From: a bacterium
GTDB taxonomy: Bacteria > Latescibacterota > Latescibacteria > Latescibacterales > Latescibacteraceae
Assembly: GCA_021372535.1 (NCBI GenBank)
Contig: JAJFUH010000112.1
Location: forward strand, 1,034 to 65,033
DNA: 64,000 nucleotides
Direction: 5' to 3'
This document shows, piece by piece, positions 1-10,652 of this stretch (its first letter is position 1; each line of letters starts with the position of its first letter). The notes below the pieces were generated by a model that had not been told where the DNA came from, did not search any database, and worked only from the letters and a program-made list of their open reading frames with translations. The translations under genes were made by a program, and so were the position numbers.

Positions 1-2
1 AC

Positions 3-584
3 GTTCTCGAGATCGGATGCGGCACCGGCTGCCTGACCCTTGAACTGGAAAGAACCGGCGCCGCAATAACCGCAGTCGATATTTCACGGGACCTTCTCGA
101 ACGAGCCCGGCTCCGGATAACCTCGCCGCGTGTCACTTTCCTCGAAGAGGATTGCTGCCATTCCCGTTTCCCGGACGATACATTCGATACCATCATCGGG
201 AGCTCCGTTCTTCACCACCTCGATATCGATGCTGCATTACACGAGATATACCGGCTCCTGAAGCCGGGGGGCAGCATTTTTTTTACCGAGCCGAATATGC
301 TGAATCCGCAGATAGCCCTTCAGAAAAACATACCATACCTGAAACGAAAATTAGGTGATTCTCCCGATGAGACCGCTTTCATACGATGGTCGTTGAAGAA
401 TAAAATGCTCAAAGAAGGTTTCAGCGCTATAAAAATAGTGCCGTTCGACTTTTTGCATCCGGGAATTCCACGGTCGCTCATATCCATTGTTCAGCCGTTG
501 TGCTCATGGGCCGAAAAGATACCCATGGTGTCCGAAATAGCCGGCTCTCTCTATATCCGTGCGGTGAAAGCGGGGGATGAATGA
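3..584 (+). CDS. Class I SAM-dependent methyltransferase, 5' end truncated by the window edge
   Basis: Frame 3 is open from nt 3 to the stop at 582-584. The translation begins VLEIGCGTGCLTLE (motif I, the GxGxG SAM-binding loop) and continues with a LLKPGG region. The listed ORF 297..584 is just the Met-initiated tail of this same frame. Confidence 0.7.
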   Translation, partial: VLEIGCGTGCLTLELERTGAAITAVDISRDLLERARLRITSPRVTFLEEDCCHSRFPDDTFDTIIGSSVLHHLDIDAALHEIYRLLKPGGSIFFTEPNMLNPQIALQKNIPYLKRKLGDSPDETAFIRWSLKNKMLKEGFSAIKIVPFDFLHPGIPRSLISIVQPLCSWAEKIPMVSEIAGSLYIRAVKAGDE

Positions 585-661
585 GCCGGATTCAATCGAT
601 AAAGATCAAAACATCGGACGATTGCCTGTTTTAACTTTTTATACTGCTTTGTGGGTCCACG

Positions 662-2599
662 ATGACGCGAAACACAAAAAAAATGATTGTCAGTATAGTG
701 CTTGTCATGCTGACGATGTGTGTTTACCTGCAGGTTCGGGGTCATGAATTCCTCCAGCTCGATGACGATACCTATATATACGAGAACCATCATGTCCAGC
801 GAGGATTGTCATTGGAAGGATTGAAATGGGCGTTCAGTTTCAATGAAATCGCTTACTGGCATCCGCTGACATGGCTGTCGCTCATGCTCGATGCTCAATT
901 CTTCGGTAAAAATCCCGCCGGTTATCACCTCGAAAACATGATAATTCATATTCTCAATGCGCTTCTTGTATTCTTTGTTTTCGAACGCATGACGAAATCG
1001 CTCTGGTCAAGCGCTTTTATTGCAGCGCTTTTTGCCCTTCATCCCATCAATATCGAATCCGTTGCCTGGGCGACAGAGCGTAAAAGTGTGCTCAGCACCC
1101 TTTTCTGGATGGCGACGATGTTCGTTTATGTGCTCTATACTGAACGACCGTCTGTCAAACGGTATCTTCCCGTTCTTCTCTTTTTGATCATGGGTCTCCT
1201 GTCAAAACCCGTTCTGGCAACACTGCCGGCTGTTTTATGCCTCGTCGATTTCTGGCCTCTCGAACGGTTCGCCAGTCTTGGGGTCAAACAACGCCGGAAA
1301 AACAAGCCATCGCGCGGAAATGCTCATGGATATGGCAACCGCCTGCTCTTTTATGAAAAAATCCCCCTGTTTTTATTATCCGCATCTGCCGTTTTCATAT
1401 CGTTTCTCTCGTCCCGCGCTTTTCCGAGTTTTACGAGATCGATTCCGCTGGCCCAGAAAATCTCCACATCGCTTATCGGTTATGCGTTATACATAAAGAA
1501 ATTTCTGTGGCCCGACAGTTTCGCTGTGTATTATCCCTATCCTTCCTCTGTGTCGCCTTTGCATATTGCGGTTTCTGTCGCGCTGCTTGCCGTAATAACC
1601 GTATTCGTCATCAGATATGTCCGCTCAGCACCGTATCTCATAACCGGCTGGCTGTGGTATCTCATTACGCTTTTCCCGGTAATCGGTATCGTACAGGCGG
1701 GATTATGGCCTCTGATCGCCGACAGGTTTGCGTATGTGCCGTTTATCGGTCTTTTCGTCATGGCATCATGGGGATTGCCACAAGTATTCAGGGCGTGGAG
1801 CATTAAGAGAGAAATTCTCGTCGTGATGGCGGCAGCTTCGATTCTTGCGTGCGCGGTCATTGCCCGGATCAACGTACGGTACTGGAAAGACAGCGTTACA
1901 CTGTATCGGCATGCCCTTGCGGTAACCGATAACAATGCCGAGATACAGTGGAGGCTCGGGCTCGTTTTCCTACAGCTGGACAAATATGACGAGGCATACG
2001 CGGCGTGCGGGCAGTCGCTGAAGATGTATCCGTATATACCGCAGGCATATAATATCATGGGATTGTCTCTGGTCAAGAGAAACAGGTATGATGAAGCCAT
2101 CGCACATTATAAAAAAGCATTGCAGATGAAAGCCGATTATGTTGAGGTATATGATAATCTGGGATCGGCGCTTGCTGACAGGAATATGCCGGATGAGGCG
2201 ATCAGACAGTATAATGAAGCGCTGCGGATAGATCCGGATTTTGCGAAGGCCCATAACAACCTGGGATCGGTTCTTGCCGAGCTTGGCAGAACCGACGAGG
2301 CCATCGGGCATTACAAAAAGGCGCTCGCGATAAATCCCGATTATGCCGAAGCGCACAACAATCTGGGGGTCGAGCTCGAAGGAATCGGGAAAATAGACGA
2401 GGCATTCAGGGAGTATTCCGAAGCGATCCGCTTGAAACCAGATTATGCCGATGCGCATGTCAATCTTGGAAATGTGTACTTTCACAAGGGTGATTACGCC
2501 AGAGCCGAAGAACAGTATCGACAGGCGCTGCTCATCAATGCGCACCATGCGGTTGCGGAACAGAATCTGGCAATCATCCGGTCACTGCGGAAACAGTAA
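662..2599 (+). CDS. Polytopic membrane protein with an N-terminal GT-C (PMT/TMTC/ArnT-like) glycosyltransferase-like domain and a C-terminal TPR array
   Basis: 645 aa. The N-terminal region has a DD motif (LQLDDDTYIYE) typical of GT-C first-loop catalytic sites. About 10 hydrophobic helices follow. The C-terminal third carries at least six tandem 34-aa TPRs with a recurring AxxxYxxALxxxPDYAEAHNNLG pattern. Confidence 0.65.
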   Translation: MTRNTKKMIVSIVLVMLTMCVYLQVRGHEFLQLDDDTYIYENHHVQRGLSLEGLKWAFSFNEIAYWHPLTWLSLMLDAQFFGKNPAGYHLENMIIHILNALLVFFVFERMTKSLWSSAFIAALFALHPINIESVAWATERKSVLSTLFWMATMFVYVLYTERPSVKRYLPVLLFLIMGLLSKPVLATLPAVLCLVDFWPLERFASLGVKQRRKNKPSRGNAHGYGNRLLFYEKIPLFLLSASAVFISFLSSRAFPSFTRSIPLAQKISTSLIGYALYIKKFLWPDSFAVYYPYPSSVSPLHIAVSVALLAVITVFVIRYVRSAPYLITGWLWYLITLFPVIGIVQAGLWPLIADRFAYVPFIGLFVMASWGLPQVFRAWSIKREILVVMAAASILACAVIARINVRYWKDSVTLYRHALAVTDNNAEIQWRLGLVFLQLDKYDEAYAACGQSLKMYPYIPQAYNIMGLSLVKRNRYDEAIAHYKKALQMKADYVEVYDNLGSALADRNMPDEAIRQYNEALRIDPDFAKAHNNLGSVLAELGRTDEAIGHYKKALAINPDYAEAHNNLGVELEGIGKIDEAFREYSEAIRLKPDYADAHVNLGNVYFHKGDYARAEEQYRQALLINAHHAVAEQNLAIIRSLRKQ

Positions 2600-2623
2600 C
2601 GACTGAAAGGCGATTCGGATACC

Positions 2624-4243
2624 ATGTCAATTAATGTTATCGACATTTCCGTTATTCTGGTGTATTTCGCCGCACTCATGGCAATAGGATTTTTGAAAGG
2701 GCGGGGGAAACGGGTCAATTCCGGTGAATATTTCATTTCAAAGGGAACACTGCCATGGTGGGTAATTGCCATGGCGTTCGTTGCCACCGGCATGAATACC
2801 GAACAGTTGATCGGTCAGAATGGTATGGGATACACCATTGGCCTCACCATGGTCAACTGGTACATAATAGTGTTTTTTGTCTATTCGATGCTGGTTCTTG
2901 TTTTCCTTCCCGTATACCTCCGTAACGGCATCGTGACCATGCCTGAATTTCTGGGAAAACGGTTCGACGAGCGAAGCCGGAACGTATTCACCGTGCTCCT
3001 TCTGGTGAGTTATGTCCTCCTGAATCTCGCTGTAGTGTTCTATGGCGGCGCGAAGCTGCTCGAAGTCGTCATGGGCCTCAATATATGGTGGGGAGTTTTC
3101 ATCCTGGGCGCTGTAGCAGGTATCTACACCATGTACGGCGGAATGGCATCGGCATCGTATACGGCGGTTCTCCAGTTCGCCCTTATTTTCATATCCGGTT
3201 TTTTTGTGTTTTTTATCGGATATGCCAAGCTTCCGCACGGATGGAGCGATGTCGTTGCACATGCTCCCGGTGGTTTTCACCTTATCCAGCCGATGAATTA
3301 TCCTGTTATCCCCTGGCACGCAATACCCCTGACCATTCTGGGTCTGCACCTATACTATTCCTGCATCAACCAGGCTCTGGTCCAGAAAAGCTTCGGCGCA
3401 AAAACGGAGTGGGACGCCCGTATGGCGATCGTTGTCGCCGGTATGTTCGTGTTTCTCAGGCCGTTTGTTGAGATTTTCCCCGGTATGATCTGCAGGGCGC
3501 TCGCCGTTTTCGATCCGCGTTTCGATCTCGGCGATCAGCCGGTCGATAACGTTTTTCCGCTCCTGATACGCGAGCTCATCCCTCAGGGACTTCGCGGACT
3601 CATACTGGTCGGTATTCTCTCGTCGGTCATGTCGACCATTTCGGCGTTTCTCAATTCAATTTCCACACTCTTCACTCTCGATGTCTATAAAAAATGGATC
3701 GAACCCGGTGCTGACGAGAAAAAACTCGTTCGCGTTGGAATTATCGCCACCCTGTTTCTCATGATTTTCAGCGTTGTATATTCTCCTTTTATCGGTATAA
3801 TAGGCGGCGGCATCTTTCATTATTTTCAGATGATTGCATCATATCTTGCTGTCCCCATAGCGACAGTATTTCTTGTCGGGATACTCTGGAAACGGGCCAC
3901 ACCTGATTCAGCATTTGTTGTACTCATTGCCGGTATCCCCATTGGTCTTTGTATCAACTGGCTTATCCCTCATCTCTTTCGACCGGAGACAGTTGCGGCA
4001 TACAGTTTAAGTAATTTCTTCATCATCAGCGGAATGACCCAGGCGGTCTGTGTGCTTCTCATGCTCGCCATCAGCATGTTCACACAACCGAAGCCCGTCG
4101 AATCCATTTCCTCGCTGCTTTTTACGAAAGAATCACTCATGCTCCCCGCAAACGAGCCGAAACGTCCCTTTTATCAATCGTTCTGGGTCTGGTGGTTTTT
4201 GTTTGTGGCGATGTACGTAATTCTGTATATAATGTTCTGGTAG
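2624..4243 (+). CDS. Sodium:solute symporter family (SSF) transporter
   Basis: 539 aa with about 13 TM segments. It has an SSF-like N-terminus (vilvyfaalmaigf..) and a GxxxxxxxxQ loop. It lies next to sugar-kinase genes. Confidence 0.7.
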   Translation: MSINVIDISVILVYFAALMAIGFLKGRGKRVNSGEYFISKGTLPWWVIAMAFVATGMNTEQLIGQNGMGYTIGLTMVNWYIIVFFVYSMLVLVFLPVYLRNGIVTMPEFLGKRFDERSRNVFTVLLLVSYVLLNLAVVFYGGAKLLEVVMGLNIWWGVFILGAVAGIYTMYGGMASASYTAVLQFALIFISGFFVFFIGYAKLPHGWSDVVAHAPGGFHLIQPMNYPVIPWHAIPLTILGLHLYYSCINQALVQKSFGAKTEWDARMAIVVAGMFVFLRPFVEIFPGMICRALAVFDPRFDLGDQPVDNVFPLLIRELIPQGLRGLILVGILSSVMSTISAFLNSISTLFTLDVYKKWIEPGADEKKLVRVGIIATLFLMIFSVVYSPFIGIIGGGIFHYFQMIASYLAVPIATVFLVGILWKRATPDSAFVVLIAGIPIGLCINWLIPHLFRPETVAAYSLSNFFIISGMTQAVCVLLMLAISMFTQPKPVESISSLLFTKESLMLPANEPKRPFYQSFWVWWFLFVAMYVILYIMFW

Positions 4244-4294
4244 GATGTATGGTGGTTAAAGGGATTACCTGAGAACACGGAAGGTTTTGCGCAT

Positions 4295-5248
4295 ATGAAT
4301 GTTATCGGATCGGACCTCGGCGGAACGAAACTCTCATCGGCTCTTTTTGCTCCCGAGGGGACGATACTGTATAAAATTTCGGACATCCTCGATGGGAGAG
4401 AAGGAAAGGATGTCTGCCGCCTGATACATGATCACATACGGAATCTGCTCTCGGAAAGCGATACTCCGGTCAGTTCGATCGGTATTTCCGTGCCCGGCAT
4501 ATACCGTGAAAAAACCGGGAGCGTATGGGCGCCGAATATTCCCGGTTGGACCGATTATCCGCTCCGTGACGATCTGATCGACCTTATCGGAGATACATCG
4601 ATACGGATAACCATCGACAGCGACAGGTCATGTTATATACTCGGCGAAACATGGAAGGGCGCGGCACGCGGCTGCTCCGATGTCGTTTTTATTGCTGTCG
4701 GCACCGGTATCGGCGCGGGAGTGATGGTCAACGGCGCTGTCGTGCGGGGAAATTCCGGGTGCGCCGGCTCGATCGGATGGTTTGCCCTCGACCGGCCGTA
4801 TAAAAACGACTATGAAAGAAGCGGTTCATTCGAATACCATACCTCCGGCGAAGGGATAGCCGGGAAAGTACGATCCCTCCTTTCAAGCGATACCGCATAT
4901 ACGGGAATCCTCCGGGAAAAAGACTATGCCGCGATAACGACCCGTGACGTTTTCGACGCCTACGCTAGTCACGATCCCCTGGCGGTTATGGTTCTCGATG
5001 AAAGCGTGGAATTATGGGGAATGGCCGCGGCGAACATGATAAGCCTGCTGAATCCGGAAATGATCGTTTTCGGCGGCGGTGTTTTCGGGCCTGCGGGGCA
5101 GTTTATCGATAGAATCAGGGATGAGGCCCGGAAATGGGCACAGCCGGTAGGATGCTGCGATGTCAGATTTACCGTTTCGAAGCTCGGACCCGATGCCGGT
5201 CTTTATGGCGCCGGAAGGCTGGCACTTTTGAAGGAGGGAGAATACTAA
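4295..5248 (+). CDS. ROK-family sugar kinase (glucokinase or N-acetylhexosamine kinase type)
   Basis: The N-terminus reads MNVIGSDLGGTKLSSALF, an ASKHA phosphate-1 motif. A DGxxC..GxxGCxE-like Zn region is present (GNSGCAGSIGWF). The C-terminal glycine-rich motif is GGGVFG. Confidence 0.75.
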   Translation: MNVIGSDLGGTKLSSALFAPEGTILYKISDILDGREGKDVCRLIHDHIRNLLSESDTPVSSIGISVPGIYREKTGSVWAPNIPGWTDYPLRDDLIDLIGDTSIRITIDSDRSCYILGETWKGAARGCSDVVFIAVGTGIGAGVMVNGAVVRGNSGCAGSIGWFALDRPYKNDYERSGSFEYHTSGEGIAGKVRSLLSSDTAYTGILREKDYAAITTRDVFDAYASHDPLAVMVLDESVELWGMAAANMISLLNPEMIVFGGGVFGPAGQFIDRIRDEARKWAQPVGCCDVRFTVSKLGPDAGLYGAGRLALLKEGEY

Positions 5249-5299
5249 AAATTTTTTCAATCATACCTTAACTGAACGAAACACACGAAAGGAAAAAAG

Positions 5300-6061
5300 A
5301 TGTTAGCGAAAGAATGGCTCAATAACGCCCGTGACGTCATGGACAAGATCGAAAAAACACAAATGAAGTCGATACAGAAGGCAGCGGAGATCATGGCGGA
5401 GAGTATCGCCGCCGGAAGGTGGGTTCACACGTTTGGCTGCGGTCATGCGACGCTGCCTATCGAGGAGATGTACCCGCGCATCGGAGGATTTGTGGGTTTC
5501 CATCCGATGATCGAGCTTCCTCTTTCATTTTTCACCCATATCGTCGGCGAGATGGGGGTTCATCAATTCGTGTTTCTCGAACGCGTGGAAGGGTACGGGA
5601 ATGAAATTATGAAGAGTTATACCTTCGATCCCCGTGATACCATGTGGTTTTTTTCACATTCGGGAATCAACAACGTCAACATAGATGTCGCGCTCGAAGC
5701 GAAACGTCTCGGCATGAAAATTGTTGTTACAGGCTCGGCCGAGGCATATAAAGACATCCCGACCCGTCACTCCTCGGGAAAAAAGCTGTTTGAAATCGCT
5801 GATGTCGTCGTGGATTCGTGTGCTACCGCCCAGGATGCATCGGTCGCGCTGAAAAATCACAAGGACAAGATAGGGCCCGTTTCCACAATCTCTTTTGTCA
5901 CATGCGTCTGGATGATGATAACGACAGTCGCGGAAATTCTTGCGGATAAGGGAGTCAAGGTCTATATACATCCATCGCATAATGTTCCCGGCGACACAAC
6001 CGCAAAAGACCGTCTCACTGAAGCGCTGAATGAATACAAGAGAAGAATTGCCGGAGTATAA
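5300..6061 (+). CDS. SIS (sugar isomerase) domain protein
   Basis: It has a TFGCGHA phosphosugar-binding loop and a FFSHSGINNVNIDVALEAKRLGMKIVVTGS motif (the SIS S-x-S-G-x-T block). Length is 253 aa. Confidence 0.6.
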   Translation: MLAKEWLNNARDVMDKIEKTQMKSIQKAAEIMAESIAAGRWVHTFGCGHATLPIEEMYPRIGGFVGFHPMIELPLSFFTHIVGEMGVHQFVFLERVEGYGNEIMKSYTFDPRDTMWFFSHSGINNVNIDVALEAKRLGMKIVVTGSAEAYKDIPTRHSSGKKLFEIADVVVDSCATAQDASVALKNHKDKIGPVSTISFVTCVWMMITTVAEILADKGVKVYIHPSHNVPGDTTAKDRLTEALNEYKRRIAGV

Positions 6062-6164
6062 CAAAAAGAGTATTTATTTGCCCGGAATTCATCATTAATG
6101 GTATTGTCGCGTAAGCTTACAGCATAAGATAATCTTGCGCTATACGGAAAATCGCATATAAAAA

Positions 6165-6193
6165 CAGCCCCTGGTTCACAAGGGGCTGTTTTT
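6165..6193. terminator. Bidirectional rho-independent terminator between the convergent SIS and LmbE genes
   Basis: AAAAA, then CAGCCCCT, loop ggttcaca, AGGGGCTG, then TTTTT. The stem is a perfect 8 bp. Confidence 0.65.
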
Positions 6194-6238
6194 ATATGAT
6201 TAACATGGATTATGGTTAGCGGTATAATCCTGCATTCA

Positions 6239-6967
6239 TCAGCGTTTGACCGCTTCCAGGCAGTCCGGCAGATAGTGACACATGAATGTTCTTCCCCAGC
6301 GCTGCGATGGTTTGAACGCTTCGGCCATTCTTACTCCGGCCTGGAGACCGCGGAATTGCGCCGGGATTTCAAGAAACGCATCGAGCTCGTAACCGAACAG
6401 ATCCTTCATCCATGCGTTCTGGCTGGCGTGTTTTTTAACCATTTCGACTTTCGTCTGGAACGTACCGGTAATATCGACATAGATTTCCGGCTCGAAATTC
6501 ACCCCGGCGGGAGTATCCATGTGGTATACATGGGGAATTTTACCGTTCGTCGGCGGCATGGTGGTTTTAATATTCGGTACGCCCGCCATATGGATACATT
6601 CGTCCACGATATATCCCGAAAGCGAGTGATCCGGGTTGTAATCCTGGCGCCAGTGACAGAACACCACATCGGGATCGGCGATTCTGAACGCATTGATGAA
6701 CGCAAGCCGTGTCTCACGGGTGTCGAAGAGGAACTCATCATCGAAACCGAGCCAGATAAGCTCTGCGCCGAGCACCGAAGCGCCGTTGAGGGCTTCCTCG
6801 TGACGGATTGCCGCGATCTTTTCCGGCGGGATGGTCGATGAACCGACATTGCCGTTCGTGGCAACACAGAAAAACAGCTTGTCGCCTCTCGCTTTATAGC
6901 GCGCCGCGGTTCCCCCGCAGAATGTTTCGATATCGTCCGGATGGGCGCCGACAAAAAGGACATTCAT
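6239..6967 (-). CDS. LmbE/PIG-L family N-acetylglucosaminyl deacetylase
   Basis: It has the HPDDIE motif (Zn-binding AHPDDE-like) and a C-terminal HxxH region. The start was chosen at MNVLFVG (6967), which has an AGGAGG RBS 6 nt upstream. The ORF track gives 6985. Confidence 0.75.
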   Translation of the reverse strand: MNVLFVGAHPDDIETFCGGTAARYKARGDKLFFCVATNGNVGSSTIPPEKIAAIRHEEALNGASVLGAELIWLGFDDEFLFDTRETRLAFINAFRIADPDVVFCHWRQDYNPDHSLSGYIVDECIHMAGVPNIKTTMPPTNGKIPHVYHMDTPAGVNFEPEIYVDITGTFQTKVEMVKKHASQNAWMKDLFGYELDAFLEIPAQFRGLQAGVRMAEAFKPSQRWGRTFMCHYLPDCLEAVKR

Positions 6968-7317
6968 AGTACCTCCTGCATACATTTACAGCCCGATCTG
7001 CTAAAAAAATAAATAGAACGCGGATTTACGCTGATTGGGCGGATAAACGCGGATTTGAAATTGTATACATATCTCTATTCAGATGTGAACGATTAATAAT
7101 TTTACTAAAGATAAGATAAACAATCGATTATGGATTATATCAAGAATTCCAGATGCGTATGGTGGAGAGAGTTCAATCAGCTCATGAACACGAATGTATT
7201 ATAGACGGTTGTCATTCCCAAGAACGAAGTGAATTGGGAATCCAGTATTCTTCTCATTATGTCATGAGCATGAAATACTGGATTCCCACCTCGATTTCTG
7301 TAACCGGAGAATACTAT

Positions 7318-8805
7318 CTACTTTTTGAGATTCTCAAGGTAATTGATGAATGTCTCCATATTTCTGATATACGTTGCCGTATTGATCCCCATGAATTCCT
7401 TGCGCGGGTTGTGGATAAGATCGATGAAATCGGGCTCGTTCAGTTTTTCGACCCATGCTCCGCGGGCATCCATCGATGATATAAGTTTGCCAACCGTTGC
7501 GGGATCGATCTTCCTGACTCTCGGGGGCGCCTGACGTTTCGCCTGGTATTCTGCCTGAGCCTCGGCGGGTGTCAGGGCATTGACACGATCGTATTCTTTC
7601 CTGACAGCATCGACATCTATCCGTGTCTGCGCGCCGTAATGTTCGAGGAAATCTTTCGGCTCGTAATCGATCCAGTAACTGCCCTGTTCGATGCTCGTTC
7701 CCTTACGGTGGGCATAGAGGGGCTTGTTCGTTCCCAGTTCATAGAATATGGCATGGGTGACCCTGTCGTTCATCCTGTTATGATTCGCCGGTAGAACTGA
7801 ATTTGCAAGCCACTCGATGGCATCGGGTATTCCCCTGAGATACTTCTTATCCCCGGTGATCATGTAGTATTCTTCCAGATCCTCGATGCATGTCACTGTC
7901 TGGCCGGGCATGACCGATGCCGGCTCATATGACCGCGCGGCGGCGGATTTCATGTCCATGTCGTACTGCTGGCCCCAGCCGGCCTGCGGCTTTGCAAGCT
8001 GGGATATGATGACAAAATCCATGCCGCGATATGCCGCTTTACGGTATTCTTCGTTCCCGAGTTTTTCAAAAGCTTCGATAAGGAGATGAATATTCCCCTG
8101 AATGACATCGTCATTGAACGTGTAGTACGGCGTATAATCGGGATGCCCGTCATGAGGGAAATCGTCCCGTATCGGGTAACGCTGCGGCCATGCGCCGTTC
8201 GGATACTGGGATTGAAGCACAAAATCGAGCGCCTTGAGCAAGGGAACACGGTATTTCGGATCGAGCGTCGTCATGTAGAGGTTCATGAGAAACCGGGTCG
8301 CGCCCGATGTGACATCGTCATCGTACGTGCAGTTGCCGTAATAATGGTAGTATTCTTCCCATCCCCAGCACTTCGATGCAACATCATCATACCATTTCCG
8401 TATGCCGGGCATATCGAAATCGATGAGATAATGCCAGCCGCCGGATGGATGCTGACCCCAGATAAGCGCGTCCGCCACCCGTTCGGCATACCGGAGGTAC
8501 TGCGTGTCTCCGGTCGCTTTATACGCATCGAGAAGCATTTCGCCGACCCCTACAGTCCCGGGGTCCTGTACCCATATCATGGATTTACGGGCGGGAATCT
8601 CACCCCATTGATCGGAAAGGTCCGAGGTGTATTTCCAGACAAATCCTCCGTGGTTGGAAACGGTGTTCATCATGAAGTCCGTGGCTTTCTGCATACTGTC
8701 GAGAACATCTTTCTCACGGGACTGAGCAGCTGCAGGACAGGAGATTCCGAAACAGAGACCTGCCAGCATGATGAGAACACGCGTGTGAAGAAGAAAACGC
8801 CGCAT
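7318..8805 (-). CDS. Secreted protein with alpha/alpha-toroid-type repeats (QxxxGGW / YPNGAW). Possibly a polysaccharide (pectate, PL10-like) lyase. Function uncertain.
   Basis: The signal peptide is MRRFLLHTRVLIMLAGLCFGISCPAAAQ. It has repeated aromatic/Gly-Trp motifs (HGGFVWKY, HPSGGWHY, YPNGAWPQ). It sits inside the sugar locus. Confidence 0.4.
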   Translation of the reverse strand: MRRFLLHTRVLIMLAGLCFGISCPAAAQSREKDVLDSMQKATDFMMNTVSNHGGFVWKYTSDLSDQWGEIPARKSMIWVQDPGTVGVGEMLLDAYKATGDTQYLRYAERVADALIWGQHPSGGWHYLIDFDMPGIRKWYDDVASKCWGWEEYYHYYGNCTYDDDVTSGATRFLMNLYMTTLDPKYRVPLLKALDFVLQSQYPNGAWPQRYPIRDDFPHDGHPDYTPYYTFNDDVIQGNIHLLIEAFEKLGNEEYRKAAYRGMDFVIISQLAKPQAGWGQQYDMDMKSAAARSYEPASVMPGQTVTCIEDLEEYYMITGDKKYLRGIPDAIEWLANSVLPANHNRMNDRVTHAIFYELGTNKPLYAHRKGTSIEQGSYWIDYEPKDFLEHYGAQTRIDVDAVRKEYDRVNALTPAEAQAEYQAKRQAPPRVRKIDPATVGKLISSMDARGAWVEKLNEPDFIDLIHNPRKEFMGINTATYIRNMETFINYLENLKK

Positions 8806-8959
8806 TGTAAACCTCCGTCAATAAAAAGGGTTATGGAGTTGCATCGATGAGTTCCTGACATTCTGAATAAAATACACCCCGGAAGGCAAATCACCAAGCG
8901 AAACATGGAAGTTATGACAGTAAAACGTGAAGGAAGTATGGTTTTTACTGCAAAACAAC

Positions 8960-8989
8960 TTTACAAAAAATAAAATACTGTATTATAAT
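8960..8989 (+). promoter_or_regulatory. Candidate sigma70-type promoter for the FGGY kinase gene
   Basis: TTTACA, an 18-nt spacer, then TATAAT, about 85 nt upstream of the ATG at 9075. Confidence 0.35.
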
Positions 8990-9074
8990 CCGAAACTGTT
9001 TGAATCCTGTTCATACGCATTATATTACAAAGAGAAAACCTTTACAACCAGGAAACACGCAGGGAGATTCGCAT

Positions 9075-10565
9075 ATGTATGTACTGGGATATGATGTCGG
9101 GAGCTCCTCGATAAAGGCTTCGCTGCTCGATACCGGGACCGGGGATATCGTTGCATCGGCTTCTTCACCTGACAAGGAACTCGATATATTGGCCATTAAA
9201 CCCGGCTGGGCCGAACAGCATCCCGAAACATGGTGGGAGCACCTGAAAAACGCAACTGCCCGGATGCTTTCGAGAGTGCATGTAAACACCCGTGATATCC
9301 GCGCTGTCGGAATATCATATCAGATGCACGGCCTCGTCGTGGTCGATAAAAATCACCGTGTGCTCCGGCCCTCGATAATATGGTGTGACAGCCGGGCGGT
9401 CGAAACAGGGGAGAGGGCATTCGAGGATATCGGAAAGGAAACCTGCCTCAGGCATTTTCTCAATTCACCCGGGAATTTTACCGCATCGAAGCTCAAATGG
9501 GTAAAGGAAAACGAACCGGAGATATATTCCCGGATACACAAGGCAATGCTTCCGGGAGACTACATTGCCATGAAAATGTCCGGGGAGATAAAAACGACGC
9601 CATCCGGCCTTTCCGAAGGCATCATGTGGGACTTCGTAAAGGAAGGCCCGGCTGATATCGTTCTTGATTATTATGGCATCTCAAAGGAGATTATCTCCGA
9701 TCCGGTTCCGACATTTTCCATGCAGGGTGAGATGACATCAGACGCCGCATCAGAACTGGGGCTACATCCCGGAACGGTTATTTCATACAGAGCTGGAGAT
9801 CAGCCGAATAACGCATTGTCGCTCAATGTGTTAAATCCTGGAGAAGTTGCCGCGACCGCAGGCACTTCCGGTGTCGTATACGGTGTTACCGACAAGGCCC
9901 GTTACGATCCCCGCTCGCGGGTCAATACGTTCGTACATGTCAATTATGCGCCCGAGACTCCCCGTTACGGCGTTCTCCTGTGTATAAACGGCACGGGGAT
10001 TCTCAACAGCTGGCTCAGGCATAATGTCATGGGAGAATCATCCTATGAGGAGATGAACGATCTCGCATCGCAGGCCGAACCGGGCGCTACGGGCCTGTTC
10101 ATTCTCCCGTACGGCAACGGCGCAGAGCGGACGCTCGAAAACAGGGACATCGGCGCTGTTTTCACGGGGCTTAAGTTCAATACGCACAACCGCAGCCACT
10201 ATCTCCGCGCGGCGCAGGAGGGGATTGTGTTTGCCATGCGGTACGGTCTCGATATCACCCGCACCATGGGTGTCGAGGTGAACAAGGTCAGGGCAGGTCA
10301 TGCCAACATGTTTCTGAGCCCTCTTTTCCGGGAAGTTTTTGCCGCGGTCACCGAATCGACGGTCGAGCTGTACAATACGGACGGTTCCCAGGGCGCGGCT
10401 CGTGGCGCCGGGATCGGAGCGGGAATTTTCAGGAATCCGTCCGATGCCTTTGCCGGTCTGAAAACAGCCGAAGTGATCGAGCCCCGCAGCGAGCTGATCG
10501 AACGGTACCGCGATATATATCAACAATGGCGTTCCTGTCTGGAAAGATATATTCACAAGATTTAA
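9075..10565 (+). CDS. FGGY-family carbohydrate kinase (xylulokinase-like)
   Basis: MYVLGYDVGSSSIKASLLD is the FGGY N-terminal ATPase motif. A GDQPNNALS motif follows. The start was chosen at 9075, after an AGGGAG RBS. The ORF track gives 9000. Confidence 0.75.
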   Translation: MYVLGYDVGSSSIKASLLDTGTGDIVASASSPDKELDILAIKPGWAEQHPETWWEHLKNATARMLSRVHVNTRDIRAVGISYQMHGLVVVDKNHRVLRPSIIWCDSRAVETGERAFEDIGKETCLRHFLNSPGNFTASKLKWVKENEPEIYSRIHKAMLPGDYIAMKMSGEIKTTPSGLSEGIMWDFVKEGPADIVLDYYGISKEIISDPVPTFSMQGEMTSDAASELGLHPGTVISYRAGDQPNNALSLNVLNPGEVAATAGTSGVVYGVTDKARYDPRSRVNTFVHVNYAPETPRYGVLLCINGTGILNSWLRHNVMGESSYEEMNDLASQAEPGATGLFILPYGNGAERTLENRDIGAVFTGLKFNTHNRSHYLRAAQEGIVFAMRYGLDITRTMGVEVNKVRAGHANMFLSPLFREVFAAVTESTVELYNTDGSQGAARGAGIGAGIFRNPSDAFAGLKTAEVIEPRSELIERYRDIYQQWRSCLERYIHKI

Positions 10566-10652
10566 CAGAACACGGATTTTCGCGTTTTTATCTTTTTTTG
10601 ATCCGGATGGTTTATTCTTACTGAATGTACTATTAATGGCGATATATTTATA

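Noticed and set aside
152-358. ORF-track entries 152..358 and 297..584 listed as separate small proteins
   Set aside because: Frame 3 is continuously open from nt 3 to 584 and encodes one methyltransferase. 152..358 is an out-of-frame shadow. 297..584 is just the portion after an internal Met.
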